Assembly (NCBI GenBank): GCA_051294375.1
Contig: CM119267.1
Span: 23,313,486-23,377,485, forward strand
DNA from: Paraspadella gotoi
Lineage: Eukaryota > Animalia > Chaetognatha
Direction of reading: 5' to 3'
Length of the DNA: 64,000 nucleotides
Below are positions 13,457 to 26,483 of this stretch, one piece after another. Every line of letters begins with the position of its first letter. The stretch's first letter is position 1. The notes beneath the pieces were generated by a model. It was not told where the DNA came from, did no database searches, and was given only the letters and a program-made list of their open reading frames with translations. Made by a program: the position numbers and the translations under genes.

Positions 13457-16303
13457 ATGACGCAATCGTCTCCCGCCCCGCGCGTTCTCGTCGCCTCCAG
13501 CCTCGCGGAAAAACTCTCTATCACTTCCTTAGACAACTTTGAGCGGGGCCTCGACGGTCCGCGACCGGTCCACGCTTTGATCGGCGTTCCCGGCGACGCT
13601 GAGTCCGGCGCCCCCATCCTCGTGCTAAACGCTTGTCGACTTCATGATCCCGACATGGGCTTCTGCGAAGTAGAACCTTGTAAGGATTCATTTAAAATAA
13701 TTATAATATTTTTTCCTTCCACCAAGTAAAATAATTTTCCTCCACTTTCCTCTTTTTGTTCTAATAGGCGTCAATCTCATTCTCGCCGACATCGATTCTC
13801 ATCTTTCCGGCGGAGTCTCGGTTGTCGGTCTCCTTCACTACAACGGGTCTATAGGAGGGTATGTTTGTCTAAGATAAGCATATAACTAGGTACCAAGAGG
13901 TTCAGTGTAAACAGAAGAATTCTCGCTTACTATGTAAACTGTCCTTAATATAAGTATATATGAAAATAGACACATTTAGATTTAATACTGCAATATGTAA
14001 ATGAGATTGAGAGATTCAATTTCATTTAAGATCATATTAAATAATCATCTCTTACAGCTCTGCAACAATGAACAAAAATTGAAAATAATATGTATAATAT
14101 GTACAATAAGTATTCCCCGATCTAATACTTAAGGGAGTGGTCTTTTCATACAATTGAAACATTCTTTGAAATATTTTCCACTTCATTGATAGGGAAGCCA
14201 GGTACTCTGGGAGTTAATAAACGAGACTGTGAAAGAGTCTTGATTGAAAGCTTGCAGGGACCTGCTATGTCATTATCTTGTAAGAGTGATGGAGGCCTTA
14301 AACCACCAAAGCCTGTCCAAAGTCAGGGGCAAGATAGCTTATTTATTAAATGATTGGATAATTTTTATATTGGTTGTACCAATTTCATGTAATATCTAAA
14401 TAATTTATCCTTTGCTCACCCAGCAACATTCCCGAAGACGTCCTCCACATCTTCGACCCCTACGATTCGAAGATGCCGCGAGACCGCGACTATGTACAGC
14501 TGTCGCTGGCGCCGTCTCAGTCTGACGCCGTCGGTTACGAAATCGCAGAATGTCACGTCTTTCGAATCGGAGACGAGGATCAGGAGAAAACGACTTTTTC
14601 CGTCGTCGACGATCCGTTGGACGATTTGCTTCTCTTTCGCGTCCGCGCTTCTTTCCCGCTCAACTTGGAGATTCCCGAAGATGACGAGCAAATAATCGGC
14701 GGGGCGATCGAGCGACTTTTGACGCGACTCTCCATGAGATCCCCCGCCTTTGCCCTCGAGAGCAGCGCCGCCGATTTAATCCTCGCCCGCGGCGTCGTCT
14801 TCAACGCCGAGGGAGAAGATCTCCGCGACGCCGGTGACGTGCGCGACTTCGCCGAAGCGGCGATGGCGCAAAGCGACGTCGACGAAGGATTCGCCATCGT
14901 CGCCTCCGCCGAAGATGAAAGAAAGAAGAGGAAGAAGCGAGCTAAGAAATCCGCGACGATTAAAGGCCCCAAATCTGCCATCTGCTTCAGATTCTTCGAA
15001 CGCATCACCGGCGACGAGGCCCTCGAGCCTTTCCCATCCCACAGCCCCGTAATTCGCCTTACGCCCAAAGAATTCGTCTCTGTCAAGACTATCCTTTCGT
15101 TGGAAGCGCTGGCCGTCGCGCGTTCGGGAGATTCCCGCGAGGCGCTCCTCGATCGCTTCCTCCAAGGCCTCGAGCGGCAGATCGTGAGCTGCGGAGAGTG
15201 GCTCAAGTCGAGACTCTACGCCGTTGTGAAAGCGTCGGCGCCTCGTCGCTTTGAATCATTTCACGCTCTGCCTGAAACTGCCGGACATTTCGTCTCCATT
15301 GTCGTCCCCATTGGCGCAGAGGACAATGACGATGACATGGAAGAAGAAGATAAGAACATCCGGCGCCGATTAGCTTATTATTTTTTCTTGCCGCCGGATC
15401 GACCGCTCTTTCGAGAAGGAAACGCGTACGTCTTCGCCGAAGAAGCCGCGAGCTCGCCTTATTTGAGAAACGTTCACTTGGGCCTGAAGCGGCCGTTACC
15501 CAATGCGGCGGAGGCGGCCGTGGCGACGGTTCAGGGGAACTACGTTTATCATCATTACTTGCAGGTAGAGAGGAAAGAGGTTTCACTTTTTCTCTATTGG
15601 TGGCGTTGTTGTATTTATCAATTCGTAACATCACAATGACTGTTATCAGGTACTTTTTGTCGCCCGACTTATTTTTTTGTAATATTACTTCAGGATCGCA
15701 TGTCCGACGATGGATGGGGTTGCGCCTATCGATCTCTTCAGACGATCGTTTCGTGGTTCCGTCTTCAAGGTTACACCTCCCGTGCCACGCCCACCCACAC
15801 GGAAATTCAACAGACGCTCGTCGATCTCGACGACAAGCCTCCGTCGTTCGTCGGTTCGAAGAAGTGGATCGGTTCAATGGAGGTTTGTCGCTAATTCATA
15901 TTTTTGTAATTGTTTACATTTAGTAAATCTAAATTGGATTTGAAATTATCTCCAGGTAAGCTACTGTCTTGACCATCTCGCCGGCGTCACCTCCCGCATC
16001 CTTAGCGTGAGCTCCGGTGCCGCTTTGGCGGACAAGGCGCGCGAGCTGCTCGACCACTTTCGATCGGAAGGCACGCCGGTGATGATCGGTGGCGGCGTCC
16101 TGGCGCACACGATCCTCGGCGTCGCCTTCGACGACGTCGGCGGCGAAGTCAAGTTTCTCGTTCTCGATCCACACTACACCGGCGCCGAAGACCTCAAGAT
16201 CATCCAGGACAAAGGCTGGTGCGGTTGGAAGCCATCCTCGTTTTGGGACAAGAACGCCTTCTACAATCTGTGTTTGCCGCAACGACCGAGGGGAATCTAT
16301 TGA
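13457..16303 (+). CDS. UFSP2: UFM1-specific protease 2 (multi-exon)
   Basis: Contains [12 protein letters not shown], the catalytic [45 protein letters not shown] and the C-terminal [13 protein letters not shown]. The long N-terminal extension is typical of UFSP2. Confidence 0.95.
14264..14388. repeat. Dispersed repeat (copy 1); a second copy lies inverted at 37353-37486
   Basis: gcagggacctgctatgtcattatc...aaagcctgtccaaagtcaggggcaagatagcttatttattaaatg...ggttgtaccaatttcat is the near-identical reverse complement of 37353-37486. Confidence 0.85.
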
Positions 16304-16516
16304 AGAGTGAAGACGAATCTTACGTGTTGATGTTGATGCTGAAGATTCCGTATGTTGCAGATGATGTTAGGAAAAAGACATTGTTTCATTGATCTTAAGT
16401 CCTAGCGTTTCAAATTAATAAAAACTAGTCACCGTTTAATGGAAAATAAAGCCTGTTAATGCTTAATCATTGTTGTCATAATTTTTTTAAAAAATGATAA
16501 AACGACAGATAGAAAA

Positions 16517-16978
16517 ATGGACGAGATTGAGTCTCTAGTCGCTGATATGCTCAAGGTCCAAATTGAGTCACCAAAAAACCTCGTCACCAATTCCTTCTCG
16601 GCATGGAGCTTTCGACACCGCCTCCAACGTCTCGCCTTGGACGCCGGTCGGGCAGACCTGATTCCATCAACGCCCGAGGAAGAGGCCCTCGTTCGCCAGT
16701 GGCTCAAGACGTCCATCACGGATCCTCCGACGTGCGAGTTGGCGGAGATCCTCGACGCTTTCCTCGCCGACAGAGTCTTTCTCGTCGGGCATCGACTCAC
16801 TCTCGCCGATCTCGCCCTCCTCGTCGTCGTCGGGCCGCGAATCACGGCCGCTTCCTTTGCGGAGAAGGAAAGACTGACCAACTTATCGAGATGGTTCGTC
16901 CACGCGAGAGGGGCGTTGCCGAGGATGCCGGATTCGTTGGCTGGAGGAATATTTCTCCGGACCAGACTTTATGTTTGA
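16517..16978 (+). CDS. EEF1E1: EEF1E1/AIMP3, GST-like subunit of the multi-synthetase complex (intronless)
   Basis: TPEEEALVRQWL, LDAFLADRVFLVGHRLTLADL, EKERLTNLSRWF and the C-terminal IFLRTRLY match AIMP3/p18. Confidence 0.88.
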   Translation: MDEIESLVADMLKVQIESPKNLVTNSFSAWSFRHRLQRLALDAGRADLIPSTPEEEALVRQWLKTSITDPPTCELAEILDAFLADRVFLVGHRLTLADLALLVVVGPRITAASFAEKERLTNLSRWFVHARGALPRMPDSLAGGIFLRTRLYV

Positions 16979-17226
16979 CAAGTTGGTGTCATTGCGTGTC
17001 GGGAACAAACTCTTGTTGAATCGCGGATCAACTTTTTGGAAATTCCCTGCGGATAAACTTTTGTGATTGATTGTCTTATTCAAATAAAGATTCATTGTAT
17101 TCATTAATTCGTTATTGATAATTATTTAATTGTTCATTACCCTGTTGGACAAACTCTCATTGAAATTTATTACTTATTATTATTTCTCTCTCTCTTTTTC
17201 TCTTTCTCCCTCTCCCTTTTTCTTTT

Positions 17227-17270
<44 letters not shown>

Positions 17271-17339
17271 TCATACATGCATTTGTTTGTTTTATTTATG
17301 ATGAATGACTCATCGCGTCAATGATTAGCATCATATTAA

Positions 17340-18110
17340 TAAATGACTATCATCGCATCAATGAATGATTATCAGCGCATCAATGAATGATTATCATCGC
17401 ATCAATATTTGGTTATCATCACATCAATATTTGTTTATCATCGCATCAATATTTGGTTATCATCGCATCAATAATTGTTATCATCGCCTCAATTATTATT
17501 ACACCAATCAATTACTATTATATCAATCAATTATTATTACATTAATTATAATTACATCAATCAATTACTTATATCAATCAACCAATCATTTATTAATATA
17601 TCAATCAATTAATTACTATTACATAAATCAATCGAGAACAAAAGACGGAAAACCCTGCTCATCATTACTATTACATCAGTCAATCAATCAATTACTATTA
17701 TATCAATCAAACAATTTCTATTACATCAATCAATTATTATTNNNNNNNNNNNNNNNNNNTCAATCAATTATTATTACATCAATCAATTACTATTATATCG
17801 ATCAATTACTATTATATCAATTACTATTATATCAATAATTCGTAATCAATCTTTTTTTTCGTGGATTTTTTCATTAATNNNNNNNNNNATCGCATCAATA
17901 ATTGTTATCATCGCCTCAATTATTATTACACCAATCAATTACTATTATATCAATCAATTATTATTACATTAATTATAATTACATCAATCAATTACTTATA
18001 TCAATCAACCAATCATTTATTAATATATCAATCAATTAATTACTATTACATAAATCAATCGAGAACAAAAGACGGAAAACCCTGCTCATCATTACTATTN
18101 NNNNNNNNNT
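17340..18110. repeat. AT-rich minisatellite (catcaatcaattactatt-like) with N gaps and a duplicated block
   Basis: Short degenerate units recur. The block at about 17462-17670 is repeated at about 17889-18099 between N runs. Confidence 0.8.
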
Positions 18111-18123
18111 AAGATTTTTTAAA

Positions 18124-18630
18124 ATGTTTTTAGCACAATGTAGAACGAGAGTTTGGACGAACCTCTTCGACCCGATGTGGATAGGTTTTATCGAGGGACT
18201 TTCTTATCGACTCTGTCCTCTCGCCTTCTCGCTCAGTAGCAAGCCAAAAGCCTCTACAGTCCTGACGTGCCACTTACGCCAGCGGGGCTACCCTCACTGG
18301 ACTTCGTATTCAGTCAAGTATCGGGACGTCCTCAACGATCAATGGGGTCACTCGCATTTTAACTGGCTCGTCGACGGCGTTAACTACCACGTGTTGCGGA
18401 CCGGGTGTTGGCCCTACATCAAGTATCACGTTTCCAAGAGAGCGCATCAAGACTTGAGCCTCGAGGATATTCTATTCCGCTGTTTGAAGCTTTTGAATTT
18501 GGGAATCCCGACTGTAGCCTACGGACTCGGGTGTTGGATGGTGATCTCGTGCGAGGAGAGAATTCAGACGGAGCAAGGTCCAGTCACGATCTACTTCGCG
18601 ATTCCAGAGGACAAAGGCGCCGTTAGTTAG
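18124..18630 (+). CDS. C15orf61: C15orf61 homologue (DUF4528), intronless
   Basis: KPKASTVLTCHLRQRGYPHWTSY, NDQWGHSHFNW, NYHVLRTGCWPYIKYH, NLGIPT and EDKGA match C15orf61. The true start could be the second Met. Confidence 0.93.
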   Translation: MFLAQCRTRVWTNLFDPMWIGFIEGLSYRLCPLAFSLSSKPKASTVLTCHLRQRGYPHWTSYSVKYRDVLNDQWGHSHFNWLVDGVNYHVLRTGCWPYIKYHVSKRAHQDLSLEDILFRCLKLLNLGIPTVAYGLGCWMVISCEERIQTEQGPVTIYFAIPEDKGAVS

Positions 18631-18675
18631 CGAAGGAGAACGGATATTTAGGGTAATTGCTAAGAATCTCTCGCG

Positions 18676-19665
18676 ATGGTTTTTTGGACGGCGGTCGGCG
18701 TCGTTTCTCTCACCGGCGCCATTATTCATCTCGCCCGTCGCTATTTTACCGGCGCTATTTGCAAAGATCGCTCCTCGTTGGCGGGAAAGACCGTGATCGT
18801 CACCGGCGCCAACTGCGGTATCGGAAAAGCCGTGACGCGTATCTTAGCGGAGCGCGACGCGCGCGTCATCTTGGCTTGCCGAAACACTACGACGGGCGCG
18901 GAGGCGGCGTCGGAGGTAGCGAAGGCCACCGGACACGACGCCACTCAGTTGGTCGTCAAGCACTTGGATCTGGCCTCCCTCGAGTCAGTCACCGCCTTTT
19001 GCGCGGACATCGTCGCCACGGAACCGCGAATCGATGTGATCGTCTGCAACGCCGGTTTGGCGTCTCTTCCGCAGCTGGTGCGCACCGTCGATGGGTTCGA
19101 GACGCAAATGGGCGTCAATCACTTGGGTCACGTCGCGCTCACTCAACGTCTACTCCCAGTTTTAAAGGCGTCGGCGCCGTCGAGAATCGTCGCCGTCTCT
19201 TCGGTTCTCTACAAGAATGGCAACGTCGACCCCAACTATCTCAACTATGAACAGAAGAAATACGACCCCAACACCGCCTACGCCGATTCCAAACTTGCCA
19301 CAATTCTCTACAACGCCGAACTCGGTCGTCGACTCGCCGACTCCCGCGTCAACGTCTTCAGCGCCTCGCCGGGAATCGTGTACACAAACTTGGGACGCTT
19401 TCGATCCTTCACAGTTCTTGAGAAAATCCTCGCCGTCCCCTTCGCTATCCTCTTCGTACGGACTCCTCATCAGGGCGCCCAGAACGTCATCCACTGCGCC
19501 ACGGAGCCTTCGCTGGAGGATCCCGCTGCGTCGGGAAAGTTTTATCGGGATTGCAGGGAAAAGGAGTTAGTGAAAGGTCATCAGGCCGAAGATCCCGAGT
19601 TGGCTCTGCGGGTGTACGAGGCGTCGTTGAAATTAGTCGGGATGGAACCGGACAAGAAAACTTAG
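18676..19665 (+). CDS. Short-chain dehydrogenase/reductase, RDH11/12/14-like, intronless
   Basis: N-terminal membrane anchor, VIVTGANCGIG (TGxxxGxG), DGFETQMGVNHLGH, catalytic YADSK, PGIVYTNL and GKFYRDC. Confidence 0.92.
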   Translation: MVFWTAVGVVSLTGAIIHLARRYFTGAICKDRSSLAGKTVIVTGANCGIGKAVTRILAERDARVILACRNTTTGAEAASEVAKATGHDATQLVVKHLDLASLESVTAFCADIVATEPRIDVIVCNAGLASLPQLVRTVDGFETQMGVNHLGHVALTQRLLPVLKASAPSRIVAVSSVLYKNGNVDPNYLNYEQKKYDPNTAYADSKLATILYNAELGRRLADSRVNVFSASPGIVYTNLGRFRSFTVLEKILAVPFAILFVRTPHQGAQNVIHCATEPSLEDPAASGKFYRDCREKELVKGHQAEDPELALRVYEASLKLVGMEPDKKT

Positions 19666-20090
19666 TGAAAATCGGGGAGCCCGGATATCGAAGGAGATTG
19701 GCCCCGCTGATTGGTCGGCGTAGTAGCGCCGACTTTCTTACAGTTTTTTCTTTTGTTTTTCTTTTGTTTTCCTTTCGTTTTTTCTCTGATAAACGTGTGA
19801 TCTACCGGACTAACCGTTTCAAAATACGATTCTTGGCGAGACGGACCGATGAATCTGTATTCAATTTTGGAATATTTTTTTTCCACTCTCGTTAAATCAA
19901 TTTACGTTATTGAAATATACATATTATACATACAATGCCTATTGAGACGATCTTCAATTACTCTGAGATTTAAATTCGATTTTTTCCCCCCCAAGCTTAA
20001 CCCGTGTAGTTCGGGATGTTCCCAACGGAAAAAATTATCAGTGGCTTCGAAATTTCTTAAACTCTTCAATCCCTCATATAAGAAAATAAT

Positions 20091-22830
20091 ATGGAGACGG
20101 ACGCGCCCCTCAAGTCGGACTCTCGTCCTCTCTCCTCGGCCTCCTCCGCCGAGTCCCTCAATTCTCTCAAACCCAAGTCGCCCTCCTCCATCGTCGCCTC
20201 TTGCCCGACTTGCGGCAAGAGCTTCTGCAGCGTCGGCGCCCTCAAGCGTCACAATATCAGCATCCACCTCAAGAACGAGATTTTTCCCTGCAACGTCGCC
20301 GGATGCGGAAAGACTTTCTTGCTGAAGGAATATCTCAAGAAGCACCTCCGTCGCTTTCACAAACTTCCTCCCATGTTTCCGCGGAAACGGAAGAGCACCT
20401 CCGATCTGAAGGCGTTGAAGACGTCGGCGAAGGGCATGGCCGGAGGCGTCTCGGCGCCGGAAAAGGGACTCGACATCTCCGGTGAATCTCCCGATCAAAC
20501 TTCCTCTGGCCAAAGCTCCGCTCCGCCGCAGTTGAAAACCTTCGCCGAATCTCTATCCCGCTCGGAGAGATCCGCGCCCGATTCAGCCTCTCCGTTCCCT
20601 GCGCGACCTTCGAAACCTCTCGCCAGGAAAAAGTCTTCCTCGTCGACGAAGACTGTCCGCATCTCGGCCGACGAAAGCGTCGGGGGTGAGAGCGACGGGC
20701 CCCTTTCCGACGCCGCCTCGTCATCTTCCAGTCCGGAAAAACCCGGCGCCGGTCTCGGTATCGCCGGAAAGGGCAAACGCCGCAAGCAGAAGAAGGCGCT
20801 GGTCGAAGGATGGGTGGATCCGGATGAACTCGGCGACGATTACTGGTTGCCCGGCGCCGCAAAGAAAGTCAAGATTGCCGAAAAGAAAAAAGGTGGGGAA
20901 ACTGTAACGCCGGAGGCGGTGGCCGCCGCCGCTGCCGCGGCGACTGCGGCGCTCAACGCCATGACGGCTGCGTCGGTAGCATCGGCAGCACCGGCAGCAC
21001 CAGCACTGAAAAAGAAGACAATCGAGGAAAAACCAGTTGTTGACGGCGTAAAAGTTGAGACGAACCTCATTACGCCGGCGCGAAAATCCTCGGGCAAGTC
21101 CCCCATTACGGTTGCCGGAAAGTCAATACCGATGTCGGTCGGCAAGCCCGCTCTGACGCCATCGGGCAAGTCCGTCGCTCCGCCGTCGGCTAAGTCCGCT
21201 CCGACGCCCGCCGGAAAGTCCTCCCCGACGCCCGGCAAAAAATCTAGTGACGCCTCCCTTCAGAAATTAAAAAAGATTCGTTCCAAAACTCTGGCCGATC
21301 GAAAGGAGCTTTCGAGGGAAAGCCGATTCAGTCCCGCGATCGACCGGAAGAGCGCCACCGATTCCCCGACGCCGTCTTCCTCCGGCGCCGGACAATCGAG
21401 CAAATCCGTCAAGGGGCCGGTGATTCGAGTTAGAGGCGATTCCGTCGATATCGTGAACAACCCGGAGGCGGCGTCGCAGGTTAGTGTGATGGATTGATTG
21501 ATTTATTGATTCGAGTGCGTTATTGATTCTGTTGATTTATTGATTCTGTTGATTTATTGATTCTATTGATTTATTGATCCTCGTCGAATTTTCCTCGACG
21601 ATCCTTATGCTTTTAAAAATTTGTTGTCTTTTCAATTTAATTACCTTAATTAATTTTTGTTATTGTTATTAGAAAAAATCGGTGATCATTATCTTATTAA
21701 CACGCAACCTCGGTCAAACCACATGACCTTACCAACCTTACCTCGCTCAATTCCCCCAACTTATTTATGGTCAAAACGGTTGACCTTTATGGTCAAACGT
21801 TGACCTTTGTAAATACCATTGTAATAGACTTAGTATCTGAGCATTTTGACTGTTATTGTTTATAACCTTGTTGAAGAATAAATCATTCTTGATCTGAAAC
21901 TTGTATCGTCCATAATCTCTCCCATTCCCTCAAGGTGATCAACGGTTGTAAGCCGGCTAAGTGCCGCTACTACGCCGGCCCTTACGTCAACGAAAAGATC
22001 GCCAAGGGCTTCTACAATCGCCCGCCGACGCATTTCGTCCTCAATTACGAGGACACCCACAACTGGCGCTGCATGCTCTGCGGCCACGGCAACTTCTTCG
22101 ACGATCTCGGCCAACTCTTCGGTCCGTTCCACGTGGCCGAGTCCAAACTCGACGCCATCTTCGCCGAGTCTCTCGTCAGCCTCTGCCGAGAGTCGATGGC
22201 TTCGATGTCGGAGGCGGCGGTGCTGTCGCCGAGGCGGAGCAGGATCGTGGCCGGAACCAAGGGGCCGGTGCAGGTCAGGATGTAGTATCCGCTTTTTTTT
22301 TCTTTTCTATTTTCCTTTTTCTTTTCTTTTCTCTTCTCTTCTTTTGTCACTTCTTATCTTTATCCATTTTCTTCTCTTTTCTGTTTTCTTTTCTTTTCTT
22401 CATTAATCTCCTTTTCCTCCAGGGATCCAAATCCCCCACCCGATCCGCCATCACCTCCTCCGGCAACATCGCTCAAGAGACGGACGACTCTGTGGCCGTG
22501 ACTAACCCCGACCCTGAGCCTTTCGAGATTTGGCTTCACGAATCTTGCGTAGTTTGGTCGGTAGGCGTCTACATGGTGGAAGGCAAGCTCTATGGGCTGG
22601 AGGAGGCGCTAAATCTGGCGGCCGAGACCAAGTGCTCCTTTTGCCTGGAGTTGGGCGCCTCGCTCGGCTGCTTCAAGAGCTGCAACAGCAACTATCACTT
22701 TCACTGCGCCAGGAAAAACTGCTGTCAATTTAACGAGGAAACTTTTACCATTCGATGTCCGAAGCACGCCGAGTCGAGGTCGACGGTCCTGACGGCGTCA
22801 AAGGAGAACGTCGCCGTCGTGGCTCATTAA
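20091..22830 (+). CDS. TCF20/RAI1-like extended-PHD chromatin protein with two N-terminal C2H2 fingers (exons 20091-21479, 21935-22273, 22423-22830; 711 aa)
   Basis: GPVIRV..IVN, WRCMLCG..DDLGQLFGPF and WLHESCVVWSVGVY..GKLYGLEEAL..A.ETKCSFC..GASLGC..YHFHCA..FTIRCPKH form the TCF20/RAI1-type ePHD. The fingers are CPTC..H..H and CNVAGC..H..H. Both introns are phase 0. Confidence 0.85.
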
Positions 22831-23266
22831 GAAAGAAAGGAAAGAAAAAAAGAAAGATAGTCAGTTTGCTAAATTATTTTCTAATTTTACTAAGTATGCT
22901 GATTGAAAATCTATTGAGTTATTCACAATTAGCGGAATTTTTTTTTTTCAATTGACAATTCATTTATCCCATTGAATCTAGCTTCGCCAAATTATTTTGC
23001 GCTTCCAATTTTGTTTAATTTTTGTTAGTCCAAATTTTTCGTCGCGTTTATTGACGTTGCGACAAAATTACCCTAATTAGTCATCGTCATTATATTTATG
23101 TGCCATTTATTTTCCTGACCGTTTTTATTTATTAATTAGTAATTACTCGCCCTCCCCTCGTTTTAGGACGTGCTAAGTTCGCTTCTATCTCAATTACTTG
23201 TTCTCGACTTTTGCACTGTTGTCATTTATTTATTTACTCGCAAAAGACTAAAACTCAAAATAAACA

Positions 23267-26200
23267 ATGAATCATTCCGAGGACATAAAATCTGACTTGG
23301 AGCGCCTCGTGCTCCGCGTCTTTCCCCATTTGGCCAAGAGCGATCAGAACTTTTCCATCTGCATGGACTTTGCTCAGTCTCACGTGCGGCGTCACACTTT
23401 TCTCGCCCCCGACGCGCACAAGATCCGTCGCGCCCTAGACGGGATCGTGGAGAAAATCGCCGTTCACTCGCAGACCAACAAGGTACGGTAGCAACTACGT
23501 AATCATTGCACCAACTACTTCCTATTTATAATGATTGACCGATCCTTCATCAAATCAACATCCCCCCCCTACATCAGGCCGATTCCCTCAAACGCCTCGT
23601 GGATTCCTTCCCCCGCTCGCCCCTCTTCGAAGAGACGCCAAAGATCAAATCCTTGACGGGCGGAGGGGAGACTCACTTCGCCGTTCTCTCCTTCCTCCTC
23701 GAACTCTCTCAACAGCCGACGGTCTCCTATCGCCACCTCCGCCTCGCCCTTCCTTTCGCCGCGTCGAAAAAGGCCGGCGAGGAGGACGCCGACGCCTTCG
23801 ATTGGCCGGCGTTTTTGAGGGAAGGCGAGGAGGACTTTAATCGATCCGACGCCACCTCAGGGTTTTTGGATTCTTCGTCGGGCGGAAGCGATTTCGAGGA
23901 AGAGGTACGTATTTCAGTCTATCAATGTTTGTGGATACCTTTTGTCTCGAAATTTATTTATAACAACTCAAGTTTAATAAAGAAAAACATCGATTTGGGA
24001 AACAGTGCTAATTTTATTTAGACCATGCATTAGACACATTTTTTTCCGCTGAAAATGGTCATAGAGTCTCCAAAAATGTGTCATTCTGTTCGTATTTAAA
24101 CGTTCTTTAAGAAAAAAAACCTTTCAAAGATTTTTAAATACTTCTCGCCTCTCCCAGGGCGTCAAAGTGCCACGAGCGTCAAATTTATCGATTTTTGATA
24201 TTTTCTTTATTTTCTTGTTTATAATAGCTAATTTTAAATAATTTTTCAATAATATGTTATGATTTATTAGGTTATTCCAATAAAAAAATCTTATAGATTT
24301 GTATTTGCATTGTATCAGTATCTTTAACCGGAAAAAATGCCACAGACCGGAAATGACTCACCAAAAATCACGTTATTTTCATAAAAATTTACAATTTAGG
24401 AATTTTTCCGAAAAAAAAATATATGAAAGCTAGAAAAATATTTTAAATTTTATAAGTCATTGCAAAAGATGAGAAAAAGATAGATACCCGGGACGAAAAT
24501 GCAGAATTAGTTCATATTTACTTCAATTTGTAAATTCGGAGCGCGTGACTGGAATCAAGTATGATTCTGACCGGACTCACGCTTGAAAATAGGAAGAACA
24601 GGCTTGTCAAGGAAAGATTTGATGAGAAAAACAGTGAGACTGGATTTAATTTTAAAAACATCTTAAATTTAACGTATTGTAAAATATTTTTTTAAAAAGT
24701 TTTTTATAATAAATATCAATCTTTTATGATTACGGGAAGAAAACCTTGCAATACCATCATATGTCATAAAGATCCAGAGATTTAATCACTACAATCTAAC
24801 GATGCTTGATATTATGCCGAACACTAAACATGGAAAAATGCCAGAAACTATTACAGTTACATTAAAAGCAGCAAGAGTGAATATGGTCAGCCATCAGCAC
24901 TGCTGATCGGGCATGTCTATCAACCGACAACCTTTTTCTCCTTTTACGAGATATTGTTTCGTCACAGTAAAGTTGTCATGAAAATGGTTTTTTCTTTGCT
25001 TTCACTTATTTCCTGAGATCCGTAAAGAAGTTCATATGACCAAGTTAAATCTTAAAAGGTAAAATTTAAAAAAAAAGTTTTATTGATCGTAATTAATCTC
25101 ATCTCCAGGAAACCTTTAACTTCTGAAAATTTTTATTGAAATGACCTGTAGGACATAACTCCCTATGTAGTTCGTCGCTTTAAATTTACTTTTGTAAAAG
25201 TGTTTAAAAAATATAAACAATCAATATTTGTTTAAGCGCGTTCTTGCATTTATATCCTGAATATGCTTAATTTCTCGTGCTGTTTAGTCTGAGCCCCCAG
25301 CAAAAAGTTTATGTCACCATTATGTCATTTTACATGTACATCATGGCGGATGCGCTCCCCCTCTAAAAAATAAACGCAATGCAATGAAAGACGCAATGGT
25401 GGCGGTCTTAAAATGCCTGTTTTCCATTTCAAACAATATTGCCAATGCCTTGTATGTACGATGATAGTCATCTGGAAGAATTTATAACGAATAGTCTTGC
25501 TTGTTTTTTCAGTTCCAATATTTGTTTTAACAATTTGGTAAAATGATATTATAAAATGAAACATAAAAATTCTTCCATGCTTACACGATTTGAGCCGTCA
25601 AGTGAATGGAAAGACAATTCAAATTTCCAAGCTTTCGTCACCTTTTTAAACAGATTTCCTCTGCTCAAGCCACTGAGCGTAAGGTCAAGTTTGCAAGTGC
25701 CATGACCTTTTGCAATTCCCAATAATCTTGAGCAAACTTCATTCAGGATTTTTGCAGGCAATTGATATGAATCAACGGCGACATCCCAAGTAATAGTTTT
25801 AAACGTTGAAAAACGGTTACGGCCATTTTGGTCACATGATCTCATCTATATCCCTCATATACTGATTTTTTTTGCCATAAAACTTTTGGTTACGAAATAC
25901 ATTATTTTTTACTTTTTAAAACTTGGTCTTTGCCATTTTTCTTGTAGCAATTAAAATTATTTGAATCTGTGATCTAAATTTTTCATTTTTAGGAAAAATT
26001 TCAAAGTAATTAATTAACTTCCGGTTTATTATATTATTAAAAATTCTTAATAACGGTTTGAGGTGTTTAAATTACGATTAAATATTTTGGGTAACATTTA
26101 ATATAACAGGTAATACAAATTTTATCCTTATTTTTATAATTATCTAAAAAATTGTTTTGAAAGACCTCAAAAATGGCTGAAAATCAATTATTTTGACGCC

Positions 26201-26452
26201 CGTGGCACTTTAACGCCCTCGGGAAAGCGAGATATTAAAAAATGCATTATAAATGCTTTCATTGTGTATAGCTCTAAAATACGAAAAGAATGACACCTTT
26301 TTCATAACTCTATGACAATTTTCAGCGGAAAAAAATGTGTCTACCATGCATTCAAACCATTTAGCTGGTTCATTATTCAAGGCCAGAGAAATTGTGGTGA
26401 GGTAAAAAATTATTTACAAATAAGAGAAGGTGAGAGGAAGAGGAGGAGACTC

Positions 26453-26483
<31 letters not shown>

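Noticed and set aside
17462-18099. Tandem duplication of about 210 bp upstream of C15orf61
   Set aside because: The copies are identical and bounded by N runs, so a scaffolding artefact is most likely. The EEF1E1-C15orf61 distance is therefore unreliable.
18628-18678. Stop-codon read-through fusion of C15orf61 and RDH (same frame)
   Set aside because: The spacer contains two additional in-frame stops (TAG, TAA).
25325-25845. Intact transposase inside the hAT-like element
   Set aside because: Only short, stop-interrupted ORFs are present, with no recognisable DDE or dimerisation motifs.
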